DNA from: Acidimicrobiales bacterium
GTDB lineage: Bacteria; Actinomycetota; Acidimicrobiia; Acidimicrobiales; SHLQ01
Assembly: GCA_020629375.1 (NCBI GenBank)
Contig: JAHDDK010000017.1
Span: 78-64,077, forward strand
Direction of reading: 5' to 3'
Length of the DNA stretch: 64,000 nt
Shown here piece after piece: positions 36,649-45,765 of this stretch. Within the stretch, counting starts at the first letter, position 1. Every line of letters begins with the position of its first letter. A model generated the notes under the pieces. That model was not told the origin of the DNA and did not search any database. It saw only the letters and a program-made list of their open reading frames with translations. A program made the position numbers and the translations under genes.

Positions 36649-38934
36649 TCAGACCTCCCCCTTCTGCATGTTGTAAATGTTGTAGACCATCACCGGAAGC
36701 ACCGTCAGGAACATGACGACGGCGACCGCCGAGCCCAGACCTCGATTGCCGAAACTGAACGACTGTTCGAACATCTCGTTGGCGAGCACGTTGTTGCCGA
36801 ACTTGCCACCCTGACCGGCGACCTTGACGATGTCGTACACCTTGGTGACCTGCACGATCATCGTCGTGACCACCACTCCGACGGTCGGCAAGATCGACGG
36901 CAAGGTCACGTTGAAGAACGTCTGCGACTCGGTTGCACCATCGACGCGGGCGGCTTCGATGAACTCCTGCGGCACCGCCTTGATGGCTGCGGACAGAATC
37001 ACCATGGCGAAGCCGGTCTGCATCCAGATCAGGATGATCATCAAGAAGATGTTGTTGAACGGCGTGTTCGTGAGGAACAGCACGGTGTCGGGAACGATCT
37101 CGCCCTGCGCACTCGTGGTGTACCCGCCGATGGCACCTGCCAAGAATCGATAGGCGAGAAAGACCACGACCCCGAACATCAACGATTGCGCCGTTGCTGC
37201 TTGGCCATTCTGCAACCGCGTGACTGCCGTGTAGGCCAACGCCGCGGCGATCGCGACGAGGAACACGATGACGAACAGGCGGAGCGAACCCGTCTCTGCT
37301 CCGAGGCCGATCTTGAGGAACAAGAATCCGGCGACGAACAGCAAGATCAACGGACCGGCAAGGGCATCGAGCCGAGGCTTCGATGTCACGACGAAAAACA
37401 GCGCTGCGGCAAGGAAGAGACCGAAGATAACGAAGCCGATTGGCCGGAAGGTCAGCCCCCCGGGAAGGCCAAGTTCGCCGGTCCCCATCTTGCCCAATCC
37501 GACCCAGATGGCATTCAGGACACCGGTCTGGTTCTTACTAATCGGGCGGGCTTGGTACTGCAGACGCCACACGATCGATGCGCCGACGAACGAGATCGCC
37601 ATCGGCATGAAGATCAGCGTCTTGGCTGCGTTCTCACCGACCGAAGAACGGTCCGCAAGAACGGCGATCAATAGCCCAGCGACGGTCGCCACCGTCACCA
37701 CGGTGATCACCCACCAGAGGTTGTTGAAGAACGTGCCCCGAAGCACCGAGAGCGCACCCATCGACAGGATGAACGCGCCGACCGTCAGGAGCCCGACTGT
37801 CGTCGGGTTCCGTTCGAAGCCCGGCTCACCGTTGCGTCGGATGTTCGTCACGAGGCCGATCACGATGGCGGCGACCGCAAGGACGAAGGCGATCCAGAAG
37901 AGCCGAGACGTGAAGAGCGCCGACCATTCGGAGAAGTCAAACGACTGATCTGAGGTGAAGAGTTCGTTGTAGTTCTCGAATCCGACGTAGTCGACCGAGT
38001 CCCGTCCTCGAAGCGACAAGAGGAAGGTGGTGATCGCCGGGACGATCAGGGATCCGAAGAGGAACAGCAGAGCCGGGCCAAGGAAGACCGTGGCTCGAGC
38101 TCGGTTGTCGAACTCCGCCATCGCCTTCGGTCCACGACTGCCGTTCCATGCAATCGCAAGTCCGAGGAGGACCATTGGCACGATCATGCCGATCCAGCGA
38201 CCCGATCCAGCTCCGGTCCACTCGCCGCCTCCCCACGCGCCGTACGAGAAGCCGATCGCTGCGCCGATGAGGGCGGTCGGAATGGGGTTCCGAAGTCGAA
38301 TGACCCCGCCGAGTCCTGCGCCGACGACCGCACCGATGAGGCCGGCCACGTAGTCAAGCGATGGGTAATACCAAACCTTGAGTTTCCAGGCGAGCAACGC
38401 ACCTGCGATAGCTCCCATCGCGACGCCAGCGGCCAATCGCACTTCGCGCTGGGGGATCGATGCGGTGAGATACGAGCCCGCCCCGAAGACAATCGCACCG
38501 ATAACTGGCCATTCGGCATGCCCGAGAAGACCGCCGCCCGAGAACAAATAGAGCGGGTCTTGCGCAGCAAAGATCGGGAGCACCGACAAGGTGCCTCTCA
38601 TGATCCCGAAGAACAAAGCGCCGAACAGTGCCCCGGCGATACCGGCGTACATCGGCCAGCCACGTTTGGCGGACGACACAACCATGTTCGAGATCACCCA
38701 GATCCCGATGCATACGACCACCGAGATGAACACGGTGCCGAGCATGTCGAGCAGCCGCTCGAGTTTGCCGCGATCGCCAACAGCGATTGCGACCCAGACC
38801 ACGACGATCGCCACGGCGAGCATGCCCACGAATTTCGGCACGTTCGTTCTCGCCAGACCGATCAGGCCGAGAACGGCCGATACCCCCAACCCGATGGCGG
38901 TCAGCCCACCGAGCACGGTCAATACGACGCCCAT
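36649..38934 (-). CDS. carbohydrate ABC transporter permease (MalF-like) with long N-terminal and internal multi-TM extensions
   Basis: EAA loop EAARVDGATESQTFFNVTLP near the C-terminus. At 761 aa it is much longer than ordinary ~300-aa permeases. Confidence 0.8.
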   Translation of the reverse strand: MGVVLTVLGGLTAIGLGVSAVLGLIGLARTNVPKFVGMLAVAIVVVWVAIAVGDRGKLERLLDMLGTVFISVVVCIGIWVISNMVVSSAKRGWPMYAGIAGALFGALFFGIMRGTLSVLPIFAAQDPLYLFSGGGLLGHAEWPVIGAIVFGAGSYLTASIPQREVRLAAGVAMGAIAGALLAWKLKVWYYPSLDYVAGLIGAVVGAGLGGVIRLRNPIPTALIGAAIGFSYGAWGGGEWTGAGSGRWIGMIVPMVLLGLAIAWNGSRGPKAMAEFDNRARATVFLGPALLFLFGSLIVPAITTFLLSLRGRDSVDYVGFENYNELFTSDQSFDFSEWSALFTSRLFWIAFVLAVAAIVIGLVTNIRRNGEPGFERNPTTVGLLTVGAFILSMGALSVLRGTFFNNLWWVITVVTVATVAGLLIAVLADRSSVGENAAKTLIFMPMAISFVGASIVWRLQYQARPISKNQTGVLNAIWVGLGKMGTGELGLPGGLTFRPIGFVIFGLFLAAALFFVVTSKPRLDALAGPLILLFVAGFLFLKIGLGAETGSLRLFVIVFLVAIAAALAYTAVTRLQNGQAATAQSLMFGVVVFLAYRFLAGAIGGYTTSAQGEIVPDTVLFLTNTPFNNIFLMIILIWMQTGFAMVILSAAIKAVPQEFIEAARVDGATESQTFFNVTLPSILPTVGVVVTTMIVQVTKVYDIVKVAGQGGKFGNNVLANEMFEQSFSFGNRGLGSAVAVVMFLTVLPVMVYNIYNMQKGEV

Positions 38935-39073
38935 GACGTCTCCCCCCTGAAGTTTTCAATCCGAATCGAGATGCCGGGGACAGGCGGTCTGCCTGTCCCC
39001 GGCTCTCGTCGATCAGATGATCCTGCGACCGATTCGCAGAATCACACAATCACTGGCCCGAAGGCCAGTTGGA

Positions 39074-40570
39074 TCAGCTGCTCGGCCAGCTGGCGTCCAT
39101 GACAGCAGCGGCTTCCTCAACGGTGGTGTCACCGTTGACGAGGGCCGTGCCCTGCTCCCAGAAGGTGCCAGCGCCGACATCGGCGGGCATGAGGTCGGAT
39201 CCGTCGAAGCGGAGAACCTCAGCCTCTTGCATGATCGCAATGAAGCTCTGCTCGAGCGGCGCCCACAGCGAGGTGTCAGCGCTGAGGTTTGCGGTGTTGA
39301 AGCCCGAGAGGACGTCGCCGCCACCCTTGAGCTCCTGCTGTGCGACCTGACGGCGGTCGGCATATACGCCCGAACCGAAGTACTCCATCACGGCCCACAC
39401 CTCGGGACGATCCTCGAATGCGCCGGCGAGCGTGCCGGAGCCGAGCACCGGACGACCCGTCGAACCCTCGGGGAAGTAGAACACGTCAACAGCGGTTTCG
39501 CTGCCGTCGGCGGCGGGAGTGCCCTCCGGGAAGAAGGATGAGAAGAACGACGCCTGGCGGTGCATCATGCAGTCGCCATTGACAAGCGGCTCACCGTTGG
39601 CCTGAAAGGCGGTGGTGGCAATCGAACCACCGGCGGCGAACACGGCGCCCGGCTTGTTCCACTGCTCGAGCACGGCGCTCATTGCGCCGGTGACCTCGGG
39701 GCTTGCGAACGGCAGTTCACCCGTGGTCCATGCGTCGTAGTTCTCGGGCGTGGTGGTGCGGAGCATCATGTCCTCGACCCAGTCGGTGAAGGCCCAACCG
39801 GTGGCGTTGCCGGACTCGATGCCGATGCACCACGGGGTGTTGCCGTCGGCGATCATCTGATCGGAAAGCGCCCACAGCTCGTCGAGCGTGCCGGGGATGT
39901 CATAGCCATTGGCTTCGAATCGGGCTGGCTGGTACCACACGAGCGACTTGAGGTCGTTCTTGTTGGGGACACCGAACTGCGTGCCGTCAACGTTGCCGAA
40001 GCCCATTGCGCCATCGCTCCAGTTCTCGCCGACAGCGGCGGTCACGTCGTCCGGCAGCGGCAGCACGAGGCCATCGCGGGCGAAGTCAGCGAGCTTGCCC
40101 GGCTGCGGGAAGATCGAGATGTCGGGGTTCGAGCCAGCGGCGAGCTGGATGTTGATGTCCGCTTCCCACTCGGCGGAGCCTTGGTAGAAGATCGTCATGT
40201 CGTTCTCGTCGGCGAAGGCGGAGAGCGCTGCGAGCAGCGCGCCGGCTTCGGCTTCGGAACGTTCCGGGCCCGAGACGGTCACCGTGGTGCCGGCGAGCGG
40301 GTTGGCATTTTCATCTTCCATGGCGTCGCTGCCAGCGTCAGCTGCAGCGGCTTCGGCATCGGCAGCGCGGTCTTCGGCGTCGGCCGCTGCGGCCTCTGCG
40401 TCGGCCTGCGCCTGCTGAGCGTCTTCGAGCGCTGCTTGAGCTTCTGCCAAAGCGTCGCTGTCGCCAGTATCGGTGGTATCAGAGGCCGTCGACGTGTCGG
40501 AGCCGCAAGCGGCAGCCACGAGCGCAACGGCGAATAGAGCTGCGAACAGCTTCATCCACTTGCTTCTCAT
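39074..40570 (-). CDS. ABC transporter solute-binding lipoprotein (family 1, sugar)
   Basis: Start MRSKWMKLFAALFAVALVAAACG (lipobox) with AGGAGG upstream. An Ala/Asp/Glu-rich linker precedes the SBP fold. Confidence 0.85.
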   Translation of the reverse strand: MRSKWMKLFAALFAVALVAAACGSDTSTASDTTDTGDSDALAEAQAALEDAQQAQADAEAAAADAEDRAADAEAAAADAGSDAMEDENANPLAGTTVTVSGPERSEAEAGALLAALSAFADENDMTIFYQGSAEWEADINIQLAAGSNPDISIFPQPGKLADFARDGLVLPLPDDVTAAVGENWSDGAMGFGNVDGTQFGVPNKNDLKSLVWYQPARFEANGYDIPGTLDELWALSDQMIADGNTPWCIGIESGNATGWAFTDWVEDMMLRTTTPENYDAWTTGELPFASPEVTGAMSAVLEQWNKPGAVFAAGGSIATTAFQANGEPLVNGDCMMHRQASFFSSFFPEGTPAADGSETAVDVFYFPEGSTGRPVLGSGTLAGAFEDRPEVWAVMEYFGSGVYADRRQVAQQELKGGGDVLSGFNTANLSADTSLWAPLEQSFIAIMQEAEVLRFDGSDLMPADVGAGTFWEQGTALVNGDTTVEEAAAVMDASWPSS

Positions 40571-40638
40571 TTCAGGGGTCCCCTCCTGGTTGGGATTCTG
40601 TGGGAGACGCGGACCTGTACCCGCGCACCGTCGCAAAC

Positions 40639-40652
40639 TGTAAACGTTTGCA
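40639..40652. promoter_or_regulatory. LacI/GalR-type operator candidate
   Basis: TGTAAACGTTTGCA is a near-perfect 14-bp palindrome of the TGNAANCGNTTNCA type, 69 bp upstream of the SBP gene start. Confidence 0.5.
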
Positions 40653-40762
40653 ACGCCGAACGTTACCGCACTGTGTGCGCCCTGTCACACCGCGAGCGCC
40701 AACTTGGCGAACACGCTTCCCGACGACTCATGAACTGAGCCATTTCGCCAAGCTGATCCGGA

Positions 40763-40847
40763 GGGTCTGACCCCGGGTCGTGAGCCCGGGTCGGCCGAGT
40801 CCCTGACCCACGTGTCGACAGGTCGGGGCATGTCAGGGTCTGACCCC
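40763..40847. repeat. REP-like palindromes, 2 copies
   Basis: GGGTCTGACCCC at 40763 and 40836, between the lacI-family gene 3' end and the SBP operon promoter region. Confidence 0.8.
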
Positions 40848-40908
40848 GACCGGCTCAGAGCCCCCACGACCGGACTGGCGAGCTTGCCAGCACGGCTTCA
40901 GAAGATGG

Positions 40909-41949
40909 TCAGCGCCGCTCGCCCACTGTCGAAGCGCGAGGCACGAGTTCGATCCACCCGGGGTCATCGACCAGCCGAATGATCTCGTCGTCCGGAGCTG
41001 CGGCCATCGATGCCAGCAACGCGTCTGCGGCCGCTGCACCGAGTCGTCTATGGGCGAGCCGCAGCGTCGTCAGGTCGACCATCTCCGCGAGCTCATGCCC
41101 GTCGACTCCCACGACGGCGACGTCGTGTGGCCACGAAAGCCCCGCGTCTTGCAGCGCGCGCCAGGCGCCAAGCGCCATCTCGTCGGACATGGCAAAGACG
41201 GCGGTCGGCGGATCATCGAGGCCGAGAAGCTCGGCCATGGCTTCTCGCCCACCAGTAGCGGTGAAGCGACCGGACCGTTCGAGGGTCTCGTCGTAGTCGA
41301 TGCCGAACTCGGCGAGCGCGGCCACATAACCCATGTGGCGGAAGCCCGGCACCGAGAATTCGAGCGGATGATTGGGCTCACCAGAGATCAACCCGATCCG
41401 GCGATGACCAAGATCGAGTAGGTGGCGAGTCGCCTGCCGACCGACTTCGACATCGTCGATCACGACGGACGGAAACGCAGGTGTCGTCGAACCGGCGGTC
41501 ACCATCGGAACTCCCGCTTCGCGCAACAGGCTCGCCTGATCGTCGGAGATGTGGAGATCGATCACGATCACGCCATCGACGCGTTTCTCGATGTGCATCA
41601 GGTCGGCAAGAAACTCGGACCGAGCCTCCGGATCGGCAACCGGTTGGGCGATCGCTTCGTAGCCCTCCGCACGGAGCCGATCGACCGCTCCGGCGATCAT
41701 TCGGGAGAATGACCACCCGTCGAGCTCGGGCGCAGCAATTTGCACCAACTGTGTGCGGCCGGTGGCAAGTCGTGCGGCTGATGGATCGGCGCGATATCGG
41801 AGTTGCCGGGCGACGTCCTCGACGCGCACCCGGGTGCTTTCGGCCACGTTCGGGAGCCCACGAAGTGCCCGGCTGACCGTGGCGACGGAAACACCGGCTT
41901 CGCGAGCGACGTCCTCGATGGACGGGCCGCGCCGGCGTTCGGAAGTCAT
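40909..41949 (-). CDS. LacI family transcriptional regulator
   Basis: N-terminal HTH SIEDVAREAGVSVATVSRALRG plus a periplasmic-binding-fold domain. Confidence 0.9.
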   Translation of the reverse strand: MTSERRRGPSIEDVAREAGVSVATVSRALRGLPNVAESTRVRVEDVARQLRYRADPSAARLATGRTQLVQIAAPELDGWSFSRMIAGAVDRLRAEGYEAIAQPVADPEARSEFLADLMHIEKRVDGVIVIDLHISDDQASLLREAGVPMVTAGSTTPAFPSVVIDDVEVGRQATRHLLDLGHRRIGLISGEPNHPLEFSVPGFRHMGYVAALAEFGIDYDETLERSGRFTATGGREAMAELLGLDDPPTAVFAMSDEMALGAWRALQDAGLSWPHDVAVVGVDGHELAEMVDLTTLRLAHRRLGAAAADALLASMAAAPDDEIIRLVDDPGWIELVPRASTVGERR

Positions 41950-41955
41950 GGGCAG

Positions 41956-43539
41956 TCAGGCGTCCGTGCTCGGTGCGAGCCGGCCAATAATGCCCTCGTC
42001 GGGGTCCAGGGTCAGCGAATCCATCGGCGCATCTCCGCTGCGATACAAGACGGTGCAGTCGAGGTCGAGATCGATCGGCTGGTCGCTGATGTTGGCGGCG
42101 AACAACACGTCATGACGCCGAAACGCAACGACGCTTCGGTCGGGTTCGACCCACTCGAACGGCGCGTGAGCGATCTCTTCGAGTTCGGCGCGCACGGCGA
42201 TGAGTCGGCGATGTCGATGAAGCCACGACGTGGGATCCTCGCGTTGGACTTCGACGGTGTCGGCAGCCGAACGTCCGCCGAATGGCAGCCATGGAGTACC
42301 GGTCGTGAATCCAAAGCCGTCGATCGGCTCCCACGGGATTGGAGTCCGTGTGGCGTCTCTCCCGCTTGCGGCATCACCGTCTTCGCCGATGGGATCGAGC
42401 TTGTCCTCGGGACGCAATTCGGAACTCTCGAGGCCAAGTTCTTCGCCTTGATACAAGAACGGCATGCCGGGAAGTCCCATCAGCAAGACGCAGAACGCGA
42501 GGGCTCGCCGTCGGCCCAGGTCGCCCCGACCAAATCGAGTGACGGATCGGTGTTCGTCGTGGCTGTTCTGGGCCCAACCAAGCCCGGCCGAGATCGAGCG
42601 GATGGGGGTCTCGAACGTCGACTTGATAGACGTGGCAGACCAGTCCATGTGCATCGCGCCGAACCAGAATCCGACGTGGAGCGCGTCGCCGCCCGACACG
42701 AGACGATCGAGCTTGTCGAGACGGTGAAGGTCATAGGTTTCGCCGAGCAGGAGCGCGTCGTACTCAGCGGCGATGCGATTCCACCGTCGGTAGATCTCGA
42801 CCGTTTCGGGTTGGAGAATGTCGTGTTCGTGCTCGAAGGCGTTCCATTGATCCCATCGGAACATCGAGTCATCACACGGTCCGATCTGCGGGTTTGACCG
42901 GAGCTGCTCGTCCTTGACCAGTGCTTGGGCAACGTCGATCCGAAACCCGTCGACGCCTCGGTCGAGCCAGAACCGCAGCACATCGTCGAATGCATCGACG
43001 ACGGCCGGATTGCGCCAGTTGAGGTCGGGCTGAGACGGAAGGAAGAGGTGCAGGTAGTACTGGCCCGACGCCTCGTCGAGGGTCCATGTCGTGCCGCCGA
43101 AGTATCCGACCCAGTTGTTGGGCGGGCCGCCGTCGGGCGCGGGGGCCGCCCAGATGTAGTGGTCTCGGAACGGATCATCGGGTCCGGACTTCGCGCGGAC
43201 GAACCATTCGTGTTGTTCGCTCGTGTGGTTTGGGACCAGGTCGATGATCACCTTCATGCCGAGCTCGTGGGCACGGGCGACGCACGAATCGACCGCATCG
43301 AGATCTCCGAAGAGTGGGTGAACGGCGGTGTAGTCCGCCACGTCGTAGCCCCAGTCGTCCATCGGTGAGGGGTAGAACGGCGTGATCCAGACGACGTCGA
43401 TGCCGAGCCAGGCAAGGTGATCGAGGCGCGACGTCAGGCCACGGAAGTCACCGACGCCATCACCGTCGCCGTCGCAGAACGACCGAATGTAAATCTCGTA
43501 GCCGACGGCGTGATCCCACCATCGGGACATGTGTGTCAT
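41956..43539 (-). CDS. GH13 alpha-glucosidase / oligo-1,6-glucosidase
   Basis: DGDGDGVGDFRG, DLVPNHTS and GFRIDV motifs. Start at MTHMS or MSRWW (43539 or 43530). Confidence 0.9.
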   Translation of the reverse strand: MTHMSRWWDHAVGYEIYIRSFCDGDGDGVGDFRGLTSRLDHLAWLGIDVVWITPFYPSPMDDWGYDVADYTAVHPLFGDLDAVDSCVARAHELGMKVIIDLVPNHTSEQHEWFVRAKSGPDDPFRDHYIWAAPAPDGGPPNNWVGYFGGTTWTLDEASGQYYLHLFLPSQPDLNWRNPAVVDAFDDVLRFWLDRGVDGFRIDVAQALVKDEQLRSNPQIGPCDDSMFRWDQWNAFEHEHDILQPETVEIYRRWNRIAAEYDALLLGETYDLHRLDKLDRLVSGGDALHVGFWFGAMHMDWSATSIKSTFETPIRSISAGLGWAQNSHDEHRSVTRFGRGDLGRRRALAFCVLLMGLPGMPFLYQGEELGLESSELRPEDKLDPIGEDGDAASGRDATRTPIPWEPIDGFGFTTGTPWLPFGGRSAADTVEVQREDPTSWLHRHRRLIAVRAELEEIAHAPFEWVEPDRSVVAFRRHDVLFAANISDQPIDLDLDCTVLYRSGDAPMDSLTLDPDEGIIGRLAPSTDA

Positions 43540-43579
43540 GGACGACCTAACGCAGAGAACAGATCTGGGCCGACTTGAA

Positions 43580-43593
43580 TGTAACCGTTTGCA
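43580..43593. promoter_or_regulatory. LacI/GalR-type operator candidate
   Basis: TGTAACCGTTTGCA differs at one position from the 40639 site. It lies about 41 bp upstream of the alpha-glucosidase start. Confidence 0.45.
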
Positions 43594-43768
43594 GAGTAGT
43601 GCGGCCAACAGTCACACCGACTGTAGATACGTCATCTCCTGGAGCGATCAAGCGCAGCGGGCTCGTGCCGATAGGCGATATGGCGTGGGTTGGTCACAAA
43701 CCCACCGACCAGACCACTCGCGCGGCGTAGTGTTTGAGCCGCACCCAAGATCACGAGGACCACACAAG

Positions 43769-44656
43769 ATGAATCCCGACCAGCTGCGCAAGATCACCGA
43801 CGACATCGGCTTCATCGCCGCTCTCGATCAGAGCGGCGGCAGCACACCCAAAGCCCTCAAGGCCTACGGCGTCGAGGAAGATGAGTACGAGGGCGAAGAC
43901 GAGATGTTCGCCAAAGTGCACGAAATGCGCACCCGTATCATCACGAGCCCGTCGTTCACCGGCGAGCGCGTCATGGGCGCCATCCTCTTCGAGAACACGA
44001 TGAACCGCCAGATTGACGGCATGGACACCGGCGACTTCCTGTGGAACGAGAAGAACGTCGTGCCGTTCATCAAGGTCGACAAAGGCCTCGCCGACGAAGC
44101 CGACGGCGCCCAGGTGATGAAGCCGATGCCCGACCTCGACGATCTGCTGTCTCGTTCGGTCGAGAAGAACATGTTCGGCACGAAGATGCGCTCGGTCATC
44201 AAGCTCGCGAACGAAGTCGGCGTCGGCGCGGTCGTCGATCAGCAGTTCGAGATCGGCCACCAGATCCTCGGACATGGCCTCGTGCCGATCATCGAGCCCG
44301 AGGTCGACATCAACTCTCCCGAGAAAGCCACGGCCGAAGGCCTGCTCCGAGACGCCATCGCCGCCCAGCTCGACACCATCGGCGACGACCAGGTCGTCAT
44401 GCTCAAGCTGACGCTCCCCGAAGAGGCCAACTTCTACGCCGACCTCATCGCCCACCCGAAGGTGGCCAAAGTTGTCGCGCTCTCCGGCGGTTTTGCCCGT
44501 GACGAAGCCAACCGTCGCCTCTCGGAGAACAACGGCATGATCGCGAGCTTCTCGCGTGCTCTTGCCGAAGGACTCTCCGCCAAGCAGAGCGAAGACGAGT
44601 TCGACGCCACGCTCGACGCCACCGTGCAGTCGATCTACGACGCCTCGGCCACCTGA
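43769..44656 (+). CDS. class I fructose-bisphosphate aldolase
   Basis: GFIAALDQSGGSTPKAL and LVPIIEPEV motifs match the ~296-aa bacterial class I FBA. GAGGA lies upstream of the ATG. Confidence 0.85.
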   Translation: MNPDQLRKITDDIGFIAALDQSGGSTPKALKAYGVEEDEYEGEDEMFAKVHEMRTRIITSPSFTGERVMGAILFENTMNRQIDGMDTGDFLWNEKNVVPFIKVDKGLADEADGAQVMKPMPDLDDLLSRSVEKNMFGTKMRSVIKLANEVGVGAVVDQQFEIGHQILGHGLVPIIEPEVDINSPEKATAEGLLRDAIAAQLDTIGDDQVVMLKLTLPEEANFYADLIAHPKVAKVVALSGGFARDEANRRLSENNGMIASFSRALAEGLSAKQSEDEFDATLDATVQSIYDASAT

Positions 44657-44662
44657 TCCCCC

Positions 44663-45631
44663 GTGCTCGACGACGCCGCCCTCGCCCCCGATCCGGATCG
44701 GAGGGCGGCGGTCGAGCGCGCCCTCACGCAGATCGCCGGGCCCGGAGCCGTGCTTGTGGCATCGGATCGTCTCCTCGCGGCCGACGTCGCTCGGAGATCG
44801 TGGGCGGGCGAAGGGTTGAGCTTTGCCTCCCCGCTTGAGCGCGTCGCCAGCGCTGTCGCCACCGATACGGAAGGCATCGATCAGGAGTTCATTGCTGACC
44901 TCGAAGTCCAGGGAATGAACCGCCTCACCTATCTGGAAATTGCGGGCATCGTCGCGCGGCTCTCGACCGTCGATTGGTACGCACGGGGGATCGGCGCCGC
45001 GCCCCCACCGCTCGGCACGCCGTCGGATGAGCCGCCAACGGCAAACGTCGCCGCTGACGCAGCGATCACCGACTCGTGGGTTCCCATGACCTCCGAGGCG
45101 AGCGCACCGCGCACCCTCGACGCCCTTCCCGATGAGGGCGAGGCGCTTCGCTCCCTGCTCGAACCGACGTATATCCCGATGGCGAAGATCGGGGACTGGT
45201 CGGCGGGCGACTCGCTCACGCGACCCCAGATCGAACTCGTCGCATCTCGGACCTCGTATCTCAACGAGTGCTTCTATTGACTGCTCTCCCACGCATACTT
45301 CCTCCGTGAGAGTGGAGCGCCAGCAGGGCTCGACATCGACCTGAAAGCCATCGTCAACGGTACGCCGATCCCCGCAATCGACGGATCGGGCGAGCTGATC
45401 GGTCTCGTCGACGCGCTGGGAACCGATGCGAGCGGCGACGTCAAAGCCGCTCAGGCCGCGTTGACCGATCGCCTGGGCGACGCCGCCGCCGAGCGGGCGG
45501 CCGGCGTGGCCGCCAGCTTTCAGATGATGAACCGAATGCTCGACGCCGTCGGAGCGCCCGTGCGAACCAAACCGCACCTCGTCGACGTCGCCGTCGAGAT
45601 GGGCTTCGACCCCGCCGACCTCACCCGGTAA
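44663..45631 (+). CDS. AhpD/CMD-family (alkylhydroperoxidase-like) protein, candidate selenoprotein with in-frame TGA at 45278-45280
   Basis: The track ORF stops at ...SYLNECFY-TGA. The same frame then continues LLSHAYFLRESGAPAGLDIDLKAIVNG... for 116 codons to TAA 45629-45631. The TGA sits exactly where the second Cys of the family motif N-x-C-x-Y-C-x-x-x-H is expected. Confidence 0.55.
45281..45326 (+). other. candidate SECIS-like hairpin immediately 3' of the in-frame TGA
   Basis: CTGCT (45281-85) pairs with AGCAG (45322-26). CTCC(C)AC (45286-92) pairs with GTGGAG (45312-17). The apical region is about 19 nt. Folded by hand only. Confidence 0.35.
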
Positions 45632-45678
45632 CCGCCTCACGGGTGCCAGCGAACCCGGCGGAGCGTGAGTCGGTGAGT

Positions 45679-45723
45679 GGGGTCTGACCCCTACCGAACG
45701 TTCGTTAGGCGGGGTCAGACCCC
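45679..45723. repeat. REPIN-like inverted pair GGGGTCTGACCCC-N19-GGGGTCAGACCCC
   Basis: The spacer TACCGAACGTTCGTTAGGC contains the palindrome CGAACGTTCG. The element lies between convergent genes. Confidence 0.85.
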
Positions 45724-45765
45724 TGCTCGCCCACACTCGCGATCGCCCGGAGCCCAGCACACCGC

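Noticed and set aside
36634-37674. 346-aa plus-strand ORF rich in His/Asp/Arg/Glu
   Set aside because: It is antisense to the MalF-like permease, whose hydrophobic helices and EAA loop are convincing.
45278-45280. Reading the TGA as an ordinary stop, giving a 205-aa protein plus an unrelated downstream ORF
   Set aside because: This is not fully excluded but is disfavoured. The stop falls in the middle of the family active-site motif. The downstream in-frame sequence continues the motif (x-x-x-H). No credible independent start exists for the downstream 116 codons. It needs the checks listed in the corresponding finding.
43751-45760. 669-aa minus-strand ORF spanning the FBA and AhpD-like genes
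   Set aside because: It is Arg/Gly/Asp-rich with no recognisable motif. It is exactly antisense to two convincing plus-strand genes. This is a typical high-GC antisense ORF artefact.
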